DNA of 64,000 nt from IMG/VR virus record IMGVR_UViG_3300003323_000950, positions 1 to 64,000 of that record. One strand, 5' to 3'. The DNA is from a virus. Below, one piece after another: positions 36,041 to 46,224 of the stretch (the first letter of the stretch is position 1; each line of letters starts with the position of its first letter). The position numbers were made by a program, and so were the translations under genes. The notes beneath the pieces are model-generated. The model was not told where the DNA came from and searched no databases. It saw only the letters and a program-made list of their open reading frames with translations.

Positions 36041-37353
36041 TATCGTTTGTTCGTTATGAGGTCCCTGCTGAAATCTGATGTATATACCCGCTTCCCGTTC
36101 TCGTCGAAATAGATAGGTGACAATGATGTTTTAACCGGAGTATTGTCTTTTTGATTCGGTGCGGTAGTGTTGTTAACGTTGGTTTGTTTTTTGCTTCCCT
36201 TCTCGATCTGTTTTTTACCAGCGTTTTTCTGCAGCGACAGATGTACCATATACCCGCCACCATAGTCGACAACGTGTTTTGCTCGGACAACGTACCAGTT
36301 ACCAGAATCTTTCTTCGACACATTAGCCATAGATATGATCGTATCGGATTCATAATCTGGATCACCCTCGACAACCAATGTTGCCCGGTAATCCTTCATT
36401 GATTTTTTCTTCTTATTGAAGTTACCAAAATTCACCGCCTCACCTTGATCTTGATTAGGCATGTATGTGTGCTTACCGGCAGACTCCGGCTGTTGCTTGG
36501 CAGCCTGTATATCGCTAGGCCTGGCGTTAGTTATCAGATTATAACTTCTCTGCTGGTTTTGCTCAGATGATACTTGCTCTGCATTTTGGTTGAAGTGGTA
36601 TGCATATTCCCCGAGCTTTACATCATCCTTCGCGCTGGCATCATTGATAACCGTTTGAACAGGCTTATTTGTGAACGGGTCTACAGTGGTTATAACTGTG
36701 TTTCGAGCCTCGGCCTTCTTGAGAACTTCCTGGCTGAATGGATTGAAAGAAATCACGACGCCATCGCCATCGTTATAAGTAATCGTTTTCTTGCTCTTGC
36801 TGTCGAGCGCGATGCGATTAAATACGAGTTTCTCCTGCTGAATAAAAAATCTCCAACTGCCGTTTTTTTCTATCGCTGATAGATGCTTCAAAAATTCATA
36901 GTCATTCTTTCCGCCTTGCGGCATGAAATCATATACTTTTTCAGTGCGGTCAACCTTTGGCGTTAATCCGTTGGCATTTGCAATGGCTACTGCGATATCA
37001 CTGGCTCGAACGTTCTTCCATACCTTTTGCGACTCCTTTTTCTTCAGTACGATACCCATGTCGGTAGCATTGATGGTTAAATCAATTGTATCGCCATACC
37101 TCAGTATGATGTCCGATATGCGAAGCGATATTGTTTTGCTTTGCTTTCCCCCGATATATCCGAATTGTACAGTAATGATATTGCCTTCCTTCAAATCAGC
37201 GCTATCGATCAATTCTGTTGTGATCGTCTTCATATTTATAACAAGAAGTGAATCCTGGTCTGTGGCGTCTTCGAAAGATATCTTGCTGACTTGGTCAGAT
37301 ATATCTCTACCACTTTTCTGGAGCACTATTTTATAGAAAGGCGATCTAGCCAT
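36040..37353 (-). CDS. Baseplate hub (P2 gpD / Mu gp44-like)
   Basis: DISDQVSKISFED...QGGKNDYEFLKHL...VEGDP...SGNWYVVRAKH. Confidence 0.88.
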   Translation of the reverse strand: MARSPFYKIVLQKSGRDISDQVSKISFEDATDQDSLLVINMKTITTELIDSADLKEGNIITVQFGYIGGKQSKTISLRISDIILRYGDTIDLTINATDMGIVLKKKESQKVWKNVRASDIAVAIANANGLTPKVDRTEKVYDFMPQGGKNDYEFLKHLSAIEKNGSWRFFIQQEKLVFNRIALDSKSKKTITYNDGDGVVISFNPFSQEVLKKAEARNTVITTVDPFTNKPVQTVINDASAKDDVKLGEYAYHFNQNAEQVSSEQNQQRSYNLITNARPSDIQAAKQQPESAGKHTYMPNQDQGEAVNFGNFNKKKKSMKDYRATLVVEGDPDYESDTIISMANVSKKDSGNWYVVRAKHVVDYGGGYMVHLSLQKNAGKKQIEKGSKKQTNVNNTTAPNQKDNTPVKTSLSPIYFDENGKRVYTSDFSRDLITNKR

Positions 37354-37357
37354 AAAA

Positions 37358-37699
37358 TCAAAGAGCTATTTTAAACTTCATCACGTCCGGTATCAGGATG
37401 TCTTTCCCAATGAGATAATCTATATCAAGTGGATTTTTAATATTGTTCGCTACCGCAATAAGCCACCAGTACCGCGACGGAAGATCAACTTTGTCTTTGT
37501 ATTCGTTATATGCAATCAACGTTATGCTTTCTCCGATCTTAACGGTGTGATACCAGTCACCCTCTTGCGCGGTATAGCTCGTGAACGTACGGATAAGTTT
37601 TCCTGTACCGTCGGCGAACACGATCATAGATCCGCTGGCATACATGTTGTTTATCGACAGCTCGATAGGGTCAACGGTTTGTATATTATCTATAGCCAT
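37358..37699 (-). CDS. LysM-like baseplate protein (gpX-like)
   Basis: HTVKIGESITLIAYNEY...WWLIAVANNIKNP...GKDILIP. Confidence 0.85.
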   Translation of the reverse strand: MAIDNIQTVDPIELSINNMYASGSMIVFADGTGKLIRTFTSYTAQEGDWYHTVKIGESITLIAYNEYKDKVDLPSRYWWLIAVANNIKNPLDIDYLIGKDILIPDVMKFKIAL

Positions 37700-37700
37700 G

Positions 37701-38243
37701 TTACGCGATGTTACCAGGTGTCACAAAATCGTTGATGTTTCTAACCGGCGTGCTGTAGTTCTCTATTCTGACTTCCATCAGCCTCGGGTTTTCAACCGGG
37801 TCAAGCTCGAGCTCGACGTTTACCGTGGTGTTCATCGGGTTCATTTGGAAATTGGATGAAAAGTCTGTCATTATCCCCGTGACGTTTTTCACAATCCATA
37901 TTTTATGCCGGAATAGCGGCGTAGTGCCCCACACAATTTTCACATTCCTAACCGGTCCTACATACCCGTCGGTCATAATCAAGCTCAACAACCAAGAAAG
38001 CTTTTGCTGACAATGCTCTTTGTTGTCTTCAAATAAGCCTGAGAAATTTAATTGGAAGCTCAGTTTATCCTCTCCACCGGTAAGATGATGGCGGCTGTTG
38101 TTTCTTCCTACAATAGGCACATTTACCCAGTTCCCTGTACGGCTCCAGTTCAGTTCCGGCGGCACAAACTGAAAGTCCATCCTGTCGTAAGGAGGGGACA
38201 ATTCGTGCATAAATATCTGTCCGCTAGTTGTGGATATTCCCAT
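37701..38243 (-). CDS. Tail tube initiator (gpU / CIS tube-like)
   Basis: FQFVPPELNWSR...PIVGR...LSFQL...VKIVWG. Confidence 0.75.
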   Translation of the reverse strand: MGISTTSGQIFMHELSPPYDRMDFQFVPPELNWSRTGNWVNVPIVGRNNSRHHLTGGEDKLSFQLNFSGLFEDNKEHCQQKLSWLLSLIMTDGYVGPVRNVKIVWGTTPLFRHKIWIVKNVTGIMTDFSSNFQMNPMNTTVNVELELDPVENPRLMEVRIENYSTPVRNINDFVTPGNIA

Positions 38244-38643
38244 ATACCAAAATTTGAAGCGTAAGGAACATAATAAACAAAATTACTTTAAGCGATAGCC
38301 TCAGGTATCGCATTTTATACCCGGCCAGTATACTATCAAAGAATCCGCCTTCCCGAGTGTACCACCAATCCCTGTTTGTAAATCGGTTATGGAATGGATC
38401 AAACAATAACCAGTATTCAAATCCAAGCGTAAGAAAAGACAAAACACACAAAACTGATACTCCGATAAAGTCGTTTACACTGTGGTATTGAATTATCGAA
38501 ACAACAGCCCAGGCAATGCCCCTCACGATGGCCGATTGTTCATGATTAATTTTCTCTCCTTTCTTCTGTTTGCGAGCATCAAAGTATGCCTCTACCAATG
38601 ATGCGATCGCGTTCAAAACGATGATTATAATTATGTACCCCAT
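38224..38643 (-). CDS. Multi-pass membrane protein inside the tail operon
   Basis: About 4 TM helices; KINH and YWLLFDPFHN motifs. Confidence 0.7.
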   Translation of the reverse strand: MGYIIIIIVLNAIASLVEAYFDARKQKKGEKINHEQSAIVRGIAWAVVSIIQYHSVNDFIGVSVLCVLSFLTLGFEYWLLFDPFHNRFTNRDWWYTREGGFFDSILAGYKMRYLRLSLKVILFIMFLTLQILVYGNIHN

Positions 38644-38644
38644 A

Positions 38645-40915
38645 CTATTGTCTGGCGTCGGCCATTTGTTGTCTTTTAACTACCTGTGAATGTAATAAAT
38701 CACCATCGAGAAGAACGTTCAGATATATCGGACGATCATCGGTAGTAGTCTTTTGTTGCTCTTGTCCGGCACCCCAATATTCGCCTCGCATTCCCATCAG
38801 CAAAGCCGTCTCGCTACGGTTCTCGTCCATAGCCTTGCCGAATGTATTTGCTACTGAGAACGGAGTAGCGTTCCTAAACATTTCGCCAGTACGCTGATAG
38901 GTATTTTTTATGTTTGCACCTGGAACATAACTCCAGTCTCCGGTTCCAGCAGCTACTGACAAACCAGCTGCCCAGGCATTTAAATCTACCATCCTTGTCA
39001 CTTCTTTAAAGTTTGTGATGATGAATGACATCGTATCAGCGATAGTCGACAATAAAAAAGCAAGTACACGAAAAGGTGTTGTAAGAACATATATAGCGCC
39101 AGCTGCTGTTGTTGCGAGTCCCCTGACAGTACCGAGATTACCAATCGTATCCGAAAAAGGAATATTTAAGTCAGATAGAACCTGCGCCAAATTATCGAAT
39201 GATTCACCTACAACCGAGAACATTTCGCGTGCCACGGTATAGATTGAATATAGTCCATGAACAAACTCCACGATGAATTCTTTAAACCTGACTATCCATG
39301 TGGATAACTTCATCACGAAGTCTAAAATTCCGATACGCTGCAGCGCCGTATACATGTTTTGAGACAACGTAAACGTTTCGCCATTCCATGATGTGAATAT
39401 TTCGAATGCAGCCATGGCAACGCCACCAATCTTCTGCATAAGACCTATGAATCCTGTTAACGGACTTGTTTTACCGCTGAGAACGTCATTGAATTCGTCA
39501 ATCGATTCTTTGATAAATATTATTGATCCAGCCACAGCAGCAACCGCTGCGATAACCGGTAGCAATTCTATTGCTAATGCAGCGCCAGCAGTAACCATCG
39601 CCCACATTTGAGGAATTAAGATAGATGTTACGAATCCAAGAACTACAAGGCTGGACGCCACAAGCGCCACACCTGCTGATATACCTACCAACCATTGGCC
39701 GAACTTCGTGGAGACAATACTCTGAATACCTTGAACCATATCTCTGAAGGTCTGTGCCACTCCGCGGAGCGGACCTTCCTGTATGTCGCCAACCTTAATA
39801 AGCAACGTTTGCCAAGCGGAAGACAGGAGTTTTAGATCCATTTTCAGGTTATCCATGATACCGGCCGATACCGCCGCCGAAACGCCTTTTGCTTCATTGT
39901 TCTTTTTGGTAAAATAATCGAGTGCATCGGCGCCTTTATAAACGACCTTGGTTCCATTCTCCATTGTTTCGAACTCCAGGTTCATCAACTGTGTCATCTC
40001 CTGGATGGCCTCGTTTCCAAATATGGTTGATATGGCCATATCCCGCTGCTGCGGCGTAAGTCCGGTTATTGATCGTTGGAATCTTCTAACCATCTCAGAA
40101 AGACCTACAAACTTGCCCTGTGCATCATAGGAGCTGAAATTCAACTGTGACATCAGATCTGCAGCTTGCTTGGTAGGGTGTGACAGGTTGACCAGCGACG
40201 TGCCGAATGCCCTGGTACCGACAGAACCTCTCATACCGGAGTTCGCCATCATTTCGATGTAGCCAGCCGCCTCTTCAAGACTTATGTTAAATGCCTTCGC
40301 CGTAGGACCTAGGTACTTCATGGCGTTCCCGAAGTTCTCGACGGACATATTCGACATGTTTGCGGCATTCACGATTACGTCGCCTATGCGCTCCATGTCG
40401 GATACCTTCAGTCCGAATTGGAACATGGTATCAGACGCTATGCCCGCTGCGTAATCCAAGCTTACTACGCCGGCTGTAGCCAGGTTTGTAAGGGCGGGTA
40501 ACATTTCCAATTGCTGGTTGACGGCAAATCCAGCCTGCGCAAGCGTAACTTCCGCCTGCGCGATTTCCGTGGCATTGTAGATCGTGGTGTTCCCAAGATC
40601 GAACGCTGCCTCCTTCAGCTTTACTATTTCCTCTGCGGTAGCCTGGCCTATAGCTCCAGCTCGAGCTATCTGGAAATTGAATTCGGTTGATGCGCCCAAA
40701 GCAGCGATAAATGGCCCAAGCAACGCCGTTACCGTTGCCAGCGTTGCTATAAATCCAGATTGTATCTTCTGGGCTGCACCCTGTATGTTGGTCGCTGCTC
40801 TGTCTACAGCACCGGAAAGACCATTTATTGAATCTTGAGCCTGCCTTGCTGGAGCGGAAGCGCCATCCTGAAATACGAAGGAGATACCCATCCCTAGTGA
40901 TCCTGATCCAAACAT
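38645..40915 (-). CDS. Tape measure protein (TP901-family core), about 756 aa
   Basis: ATEIAQAEVTLAQAGF...NLATAG...MKYLGPTAKAFNISLEE...MANSGMRGSVGT; TM segments; start at ATG 40915. Confidence 0.92.
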   Translation of the reverse strand: MFGSGSLGMGISFVFQDGASAPARQAQDSINGLSGAVDRAATNIQGAAQKIQSGFIATLATVTALLGPFIAALGASTEFNFQIARAGAIGQATAEEIVKLKEAAFDLGNTTIYNATEIAQAEVTLAQAGFAVNQQLEMLPALTNLATAGVVSLDYAAGIASDTMFQFGLKVSDMERIGDVIVNAANMSNMSVENFGNAMKYLGPTAKAFNISLEEAAGYIEMMANSGMRGSVGTRAFGTSLVNLSHPTKQAADLMSQLNFSSYDAQGKFVGLSEMVRRFQRSITGLTPQQRDMAISTIFGNEAIQEMTQLMNLEFETMENGTKVVYKGADALDYFTKKNNEAKGVSAAVSAGIMDNLKMDLKLLSSAWQTLLIKVGDIQEGPLRGVAQTFRDMVQGIQSIVSTKFGQWLVGISAGVALVASSLVVLGFVTSILIPQMWAMVTAGAALAIELLPVIAAVAAVAGSIIFIKESIDEFNDVLSGKTSPLTGFIGLMQKIGGVAMAAFEIFTSWNGETFTLSQNMYTALQRIGILDFVMKLSTWIVRFKEFIVEFVHGLYSIYTVAREMFSVVGESFDNLAQVLSDLNIPFSDTIGNLGTVRGLATTAAGAIYVLTTPFRVLAFLLSTIADTMSFIITNFKEVTRMVDLNAWAAGLSVAAGTGDWSYVPGANIKNTYQRTGEMFRNATPFSVANTFGKAMDENRSETALLMGMRGEYWGAGQEQQKTTTDDRPIYLNVLLDGDLLHSQVVKRQQMADARQ

Positions 40916-40931
40916 AGTATCAAAAATATAC

Positions 40932-40962
40932 AAAAAAAGGGTGCCCTATTTATGAGGCACCC
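40932..40962 (-). terminator. Intrinsic terminator between chaperone and tape measure genes
   Basis: GGGTGCC-TCATAAATAG-GGCACCC-TTTTTTT. Confidence 0.75.
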
Positions 40963-41147
40963 GACCTGGTAGTTTTAGCGTTTTCAATCGCATCACGCTC
41001 CTTCTTTTTAGCATTAAGAAGCATTTCCATTAACCGATCTATCTCTTCGAAATACATGTCCTCCAAATCTTGAATTCTCAGCCCTGATAAGCCGCCATAG
41101 TTAAGGTTAAAGAATACATCTATTAGCGACCCAGGGAAGGGAAGAAA
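40950..41147 (-). CDS. Tail assembly chaperone -1 frameshift extension (gpGT-like)
   Basis: Slippery T-TTT-TTC at 41150-41144; -1 frame open for 65 codons: FLPFPGSLIDVFFNLNYGGLSGLRIQDLEDMYFEEIDRLMEMLLNAKKKERDAIENAKTTRSGAS. Confidence 0.75.
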   Translation of the reverse strand, partial: FLPFPGSLIDVFFNLNYGGLSGLRIQDLEDMYFEEIDRLMEMLLNAKKKERDAIENAKTTRSGAS

Positions 41148-41965
41148 AAAGCTGGCACAGTAAGCAGATCAACATTTGCTACATCGCGGCTGTTTAGCTT
41201 CTTGATGGAAAGCATGGTGTCGATATTGCCTTCTACATTCTGGAATTCAACACGCAGGTGCTCTACATCGAGCATGTCAGTCTCTTCTGGATCAATAGCG
41301 CGCCATACTTCCTTACCGTCCTGGGATACGCCGAAAAGATACATCGCCCGGTGTATCGGGAACTGATCATTGATGTTGATTTTGGCTTCCGACTTCGACT
41401 TCTCAAGTTCCCGAGCGCCGGTAATCAGTTCCCATTTATACTGGCAGTCAGCTTCAGGCAGCGTGCCTCTGCGCTCCTTATTGGCCGCAAGCATCTCTTC
41501 ATAAGAGTCGTATAAAATCGGGAACGGTTTATTATGTCCATCAGGATTATAATCGATGCCATCTTCCTTTTGCTTGCTCAAGTATTCGCGCATCCATATC
41601 GGTGGTGTTACCGGGAAATTCTCCGATGTAAAAGAGATATTATGACTGTCTGTTTGCTTGGTCTGATCGCCAGGAGAAACGGGCCAGGTATAGGTAAACT
41701 CGAAGCTTTCCTTGTACTTCAGAGTATGCTGGCGCCCCACGACGAGCATAAATTTTCTGTCTACGCTCGTGAGAGTATTGAAGTAATCAGCCGTTAGCTT
41801 TTGATTGCTGCCTATCCTGCGGATGGAAGACAAAAGCAACTCATTCAATTTCGCATTGGAATTTTCCGGCGTCAATTCAGAAATCAGGCGCTGCTGTTTA
41901 CCTGTATAATTCACCACGGTGAATGCTACACCGGAGGGCGTAACGTAGTCTCTTATCCTTTCCAT
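41123..41965 (-). CDS. Tail assembly chaperone (gpG-like; T4 gp26-like features)
   Basis: Between tube and tape measure genes; ends in AFFFPS. Confidence 0.7.
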   Translation of the reverse strand: MERIRDYVTPSGVAFTVVNYTGKQQRLISELTPENSNAKLNELLLSSIRRIGSNQKLTADYFNTLTSVDRKFMLVVGRQHTLKYKESFEFTYTWPVSPGDQTKQTDSHNISFTSENFPVTPPIWMREYLSKQKEDGIDYNPDGHNKPFPILYDSYEEMLAANKERRGTLPEADCQYKWELITGARELEKSKSEAKININDQFPIHRAMYLFGVSQDGKEVWRAIDPEETDMLDVEHLRVEFQNVEGNIDTMLSIKKLNSRDVANVDLLTVPAFFFPSLGR

Positions 41966-41984
41966 AAAAAGTTTGATTGTATTT

Positions 41985-42004
41985 AAAATGTAACACGAAA
42001 GTAT
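41985..42004 (-). promoter_or_regulatory. Degenerate operator/-7 box upstream of the chaperone
   Basis: AAAATGTAAC-ACGAA-AGTAT. Confidence 0.55.
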
Positions 42005-42006
42005 AT

Positions 42007-42034
42007 AAAAAAACCCCGAGCTAAAAGCCCGGGG
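42007..42034 (-). terminator. Intrinsic terminator after the tail tube gene
   Basis: CCCCGGGC-TTTTA-GCTCGGGG-TTTTTTT. Confidence 0.8.
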
Positions 42035-42088
42035 CCATCAATCAAACTTTCATGCTGACAACGTTGGATTGGCCGCGGTCAGGTCGGT

Positions 42089-42619
42089 TTATCCCAACGA
42101 TGCGCCGGCTAGGAAAGCGACGCCACCAGCGCGAGCAGCTGAGCCTGCAAACAAAGCCTGCAAGCCTGGAGAATCCTTCGGGTAATAGAATTGGGTGGCG
42201 AAAGTAACGGTTTCAATGAAATTTTCGCCGTCACCGTTTGAATTTAAGTTACTCGGGGAAATCTTCATCGGCCATATGTCGCCCAGGAAGAAAGTTTGAA
42301 TGGTAGTAACACCATCGTTGGCCAGGTGCTTCAAGAAGCCTGTTTTAATGAAGTCTTTACGGATGCCGGCCACGCCTTCAGCGAACCAGTCCCATGCCCA
42401 CGTATCAGCCTGGGTTGCCGGGCATAGTTTCTTCACAACCAAATCACCAACCTTCATTCTACCAGGTGTTTTGGCATTGGGGATATTCGCGGGCGCGCCG
42501 TGTTCGATCTTTGCATATTCTACATCCGGTGCCTGCACTTCCTGAATGAGGAACATGTTAATACCATCGATTTCAAGTATGTAGCGGAAGTTTTTCCGCG
42601 GGTTTGCTAATCCTGACAT
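42089..42619 (-). CDS. Tail tube protein (T4 gp19-like)
   Basis: NPRKNFRYILEIDG...KTPGRMKVGDLVVKK...WDW...WPMK...IETVT. Confidence 0.9.
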   Translation of the reverse strand: MSGLANPRKNFRYILEIDGINMFLIQEVQAPDVEYAKIEHGAPANIPNAKTPGRMKVGDLVVKKLCPATQADTWAWDWFAEGVAGIRKDFIKTGFLKHLANDGVTTIQTFFLGDIWPMKISPSNLNSNGDGENFIETVTFATQFYYPKDSPGLQALFAGSAARAGGVAFLAGASLG

Positions 42620-42630
42620 GGTTTTATTGT

Positions 42631-44205
42631 TTAAACTTCGCTTACTACAAATTTAACTGAATTAGAATCCGTGGGCGTCACATCGATCGCTATAGCTTCA
42701 GTAGCTACAATCGGAACGAATACAAAGCGGGCGCGGTACTTGCCGGCGTCGAGGTCCTGCTGAGTATTCAGCTTGGCATCTTCGCGACGATCAGCGTTTT
42801 GATCACCTTGCCAGAACCAGTTCGTGTCTTCGCCTGGTACAATTGCTTGGTTTTCCTCGAGCGATGTAATAAACGGTAGCACTCTGCGGTACATCGCTTT
42901 CCACATGATCGGGTTGTTCGGGTCAAACTGCCCAGGACGAATGAGCGGGCGCAGGCTTCTCATGATGAATACGCAAAGATCCCCGACGTTAGAGAACTTC
43001 AAAAGACTGGATGTATTCTTCCACAGAGACCTGTTGCCGTAGAACATGGTTCCAAAAGAGTCGTCCTGTACTACCGGGTTGATACCTTTCGGGTAAATAC
43101 GATCGAAGTCGGCCGCATTTGCCTGTGATATTAAATTGAACGGGACGCCGTTGTTAGGGCTGATTACCACACCTCGCTCCGAGCCAGCGTCAGACCACCA
43201 CGCGCCATATTTGGCGTCCACGCGCAGACGGTTAGCGAATACGTCTACTACGCCAGGAATGTCAAAAGTCTTGTCTCTGTTTACGCTGTCGGTGATGTTC
43301 ACATCACAAGCCACCAGGCGGCCGACCCATTCATTATGGGCAGTATGCACATAAGGGCTCAAGCCATCGCGGTAGTTCTCAAGACCGGTAGCATTTATGC
43401 CGAGAGGTGTTCCGATGTGGTAGGTAGCATCGCCGCGCGCCACTACATAGGCACGAAGACCCTCGTCTACGTCATCATCACCAACCGCGCCGATGTTCGC
43501 GAAGCGGTATGAATCCGTAATCTTGTCAGCTACAAACCATCCATTTTGGCCCGCTGCAGTTCCTGTCCAGTCAGCCGCTACGATGTCGGTGATTACCTGG
43601 GCACCGGTAGCGAGCGTTCCAGTTCCGTTTTCGATTTGCGTCGCAATGCTCACGAGCTCAACACCAGCGCCTTTGCCCTTAAGAAGGTTGTTGAAATCTG
43701 CAATAGCCGCAGTATTCATAGTGCGGGGTATATCGTATACCGTTACAGATATATCAGAATCGGTCAGCTGGATAGTGATGTCTTTGGCGTTGGCAAGTCC
43801 GGAAGCAGCGTTTACGATTGTGATCGTGGTGCCGTTATAACCGTCTCCAACTTCTTCCGCGCGCCAAACAGAGTTATTGGTAGTTACCGTTATGGTCGCT
43901 GTGGCCTTTGTTCCTGCAAGCGTGGATTTGTCTGTTACCGTAGCGTAATGGCCTGCGCGGATGACATAGAATTTAGCGCCGGCCCTGATCATTCGCAAGG
44001 CGTATGTTACGCCTTTATCATCGGTCCTCTCTCCTCCGAGCTTACGAACAAAACTCTGCGGGTCACCGACAAAAATAGGTGTGCCGATTTTGCCTCGCTT
44101 CGTTATCAGCTGAATGACACCGATACCTCCTATCGGCGTGTCTTTAAGGATTGACCTGTCTACAACGCCGATAATTACTTTCGGCGCACCAGTTAATTCT
44201 GCCAT
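42631..44205 (-). CDS. Contractile tail sheath protein
   Basis: GINPV...FYGNRSL...FDPNNPIMW...GKYRARFVFVP. Confidence 0.92.
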   Translation of the reverse strand: MAELTGAPKVIIGVVDRSILKDTPIGGIGVIQLITKRGKIGTPIFVGDPQSFVRKLGGERTDDKGVTYALRMIRAGAKFYVIRAGHYATVTDKSTLAGTKATATITVTTNNSVWRAEEVGDGYNGTTITIVNAASGLANAKDITIQLTDSDISVTVYDIPRTMNTAAIADFNNLLKGKGAGVELVSIATQIENGTGTLATGAQVITDIVAADWTGTAAGQNGWFVADKITDSYRFANIGAVGDDDVDEGLRAYVVARGDATYHIGTPLGINATGLENYRDGLSPYVHTAHNEWVGRLVACDVNITDSVNRDKTFDIPGVVDVFANRLRVDAKYGAWWSDAGSERGVVISPNNGVPFNLISQANAADFDRIYPKGINPVVQDDSFGTMFYGNRSLWKNTSSLLKFSNVGDLCVFIMRSLRPLIRPGQFDPNNPIMWKAMYRRVLPFITSLEENQAIVPGEDTNWFWQGDQNADRREDAKLNTQQDLDAGKYRARFVFVPIVATEAIAIDVTPTDSNSVKFVVSEV

Positions 44206-44253
44206 TGTGATGAATTGGGTTTTGGTTATTCAAATGTAGTAATTTTTATATCC

Positions 44254-45633
44254 CTAAGATATAACACCGATTTTGCGCATGTACTTGGTTATCTCTCTGT
44301 TAAACTCCTTGATTTCAATGCCCTTCAGGCCGGCGCCACATGCTGAAAAGAGGATGCTTCCAGAGGTGCTATCGCCGATTGCCGTACCGTTTTCATCTCC
44401 GATATTCAGTTCATATATGTTGCCGTTCGGTATTAACGTCGGCTCTTCCTGCAAGAATCCTATAACGTCATCTCCTTCATATAGCTCCATCACAAATCTA
44501 TCCCTACGGTTAAGTGTATACAAAGTGTTAGGCTTGATTTCGCGCGCAACGGATAAATCGTCTGTAGAATTACCTTGCGCAATAATGTTAGTGAGATCAC
44601 GCTGTAATAAAAAAGACGTATATCCTTGGGAAGAGTCTTGAATTCCAAACAGATCTAATATCTGACCTGCCGGCGCTTCACCGACCCATATCATGTACGA
44701 ATAGCTTGTTAGATTAAATTGGCTGGCTGCATTACGGCGCGTGTTCAAATACTGGCCGATGGCCGACTTACGATACCCACGAAACGGAAAAAACGTGAGC
44801 CCTAAATTGACAGCCACAGAATTGGGATTCAGGATATCGACCAGCGCTTCTGCCTCGGTGTTCCTGGTGTAAAGGCGCGCCGAGAACATTTTATTCCACG
44901 CTGCGAGATCGTGCACCAAGCCGTGAAAGTAATCAAACGGTCTCTGCGAAACAGATAACACATCATTGCCGGCATCTGGATACTGAACATCATATCCGCG
45001 CGGGCCGATGTTTTCCACCAATCCGATTTCTTTCGCCGCTGGAATATTCTCTTCCGCGGTGCCGAGTCCTTCATCCAGGATTACATCCGAAACGGTGAAC
45101 ATGAAAACTCGCTCGATGTAGTCTCCATCAGATAAATCTGCCGGTTCACCCGTGCTGAATAACCAGAAGCTTTCCGACAAGTTCGTGAGATTATCATCAT
45201 CGGTAATGCCAAATATGGATACTCGATCCATTTGGACAAGCATATTTATAATTCGATCCAACTTCACATTGTCGCATACGAATCGAATCTCATAGTCTAT
45301 GTTTTTTGATGCCTCTGGCGTAACGAGTTTATCGTAGGTCAGATCGCTATTCAATTGGAATTCGAACGGATGCGCATATCCAACACTACCACCATACACC
45401 GCTGTCCGGCTGATGATTATGTTGTTCTTCTTTAGTTCGCTACGGTCCTTAAAATTGCCTACGCTAAACACATCAATTCTGTCGTCTTCGGGAATCGCTG
45501 CGAGGGCAGCATCAAAACCAACCTGGTCGTTTGCTGCAATAAAGGCTCTCTCGTTTGGCCAACGTCCAGTTTTAATAACCTTGTCTTTGAGATACCAAAA
45601 TATGGCCCGATCTATGTTTTCAAGCGTAAGCAT
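44254..45633 (-). CDS. Tail completion/terminator-like protein fused to a C-terminal lectin-like beta-sandwich
   Basis: Position upstream of the sheath; C-terminal half resembles the C-terminus of 58771..60627. Confidence 0.55.
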   Translation of the reverse strand: MLTLENIDRAIFWYLKDKVIKTGRWPNERAFIAANDQVGFDAALAAIPEDDRIDVFSVGNFKDRSELKKNNIIISRTAVYGGSVGYAHPFEFQLNSDLTYDKLVTPEASKNIDYEIRFVCDNVKLDRIINMLVQMDRVSIFGITDDDNLTNLSESFWLFSTGEPADLSDGDYIERVFMFTVSDVILDEGLGTAEENIPAAKEIGLVENIGPRGYDVQYPDAGNDVLSVSQRPFDYFHGLVHDLAAWNKMFSARLYTRNTEAEALVDILNPNSVAVNLGLTFFPFRGYRKSAIGQYLNTRRNAASQFNLTSYSYMIWVGEAPAGQILDLFGIQDSSQGYTSFLLQRDLTNIIAQGNSTDDLSVAREIKPNTLYTLNRRDRFVMELYEGDDVIGFLQEEPTLIPNGNIYELNIGDENGTAIGDSTSGSILFSACGAGLKGIEIKEFNREITKYMRKIGVIS

Positions 45634-45636
45634 AAT

Positions 45637-46224
45637 TTATCCTTTGCCTCCTGTTCTTCTCTTAAACTGGTCCAATACCTCGCGGCTGAAAAGTTCTGTC
45701 TTTATCAGCCATTCTCTCACTTCTTTGTAAACCGGCCTCCATAGCGGTCTGGCTGGGATACCCTTCTTTACTGAACCATACTCCATAGTTTTAGCTATAT
45801 CTGAAATGGCTAATTTTTTGGATGATGATTCTGAAGGTCTATTCCTTTTCGGATTCTTGCGCCGGCCGTTCTTAGACTTTGGCGTCTTCATCACACCTGA
45901 GTTTTTATAGAAAGACTTTCTAAATACCCCAGCGTAAGATTTTTTACCACCTGTATCAATATCACTTGTTATAGCTTGCATCATTTGTGAAGATGATATA
46001 AGCGTTTTTTCGCTCAATCCGGAGGCTATTTTTGATTTTAAATATTCTTCGCTCAGTGGTTTCCATCCAAGATCCTGATCGCGTAAATGCCGGACAGCCC
46101 TGGCTTCAGCCTCTGCTGCCGTTTTAATAAGAGCCCGCCGAGCGCCAACTGAAATATCTTCCGGGAAACTGTTCACCAGTCTATGAACAATATTCCAGTC
46201 GCCAGTTTTCTTAAGATCAATCAT
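45637..46224 (-). CDS. Neck/tail-completion protein (HK97 gp10 / Mu gpG-like)
   Basis: WKPLS...TLI.S..M...MEYGS...IPARPLWRP. Confidence 0.8.
   Translation of the reverse strand: MIDLKKTGDWNIVHRLVNSFPEDISVGARRALIKTAAEAEARAVRHLRDQDLGWKPLSEEYLKSKIASGLSEKTLISSSQMMQAITSDIDTGGKKSYAGVFRKSFYKNSGVMKTPKSKNGRRKNPKRNRPSESSSKKLAISDIAKTMEYGSVKKGIPARPLWRPVYKEVREWLIKTELFSREVLDQFKRRTGGKG

Noticed and set aside
33085-44205. Extracellular contractile injection system (eCIS/tailocin)
   Set aside because: Contiguous with portal, protease, MCP and neck genes, so it is a phage tail
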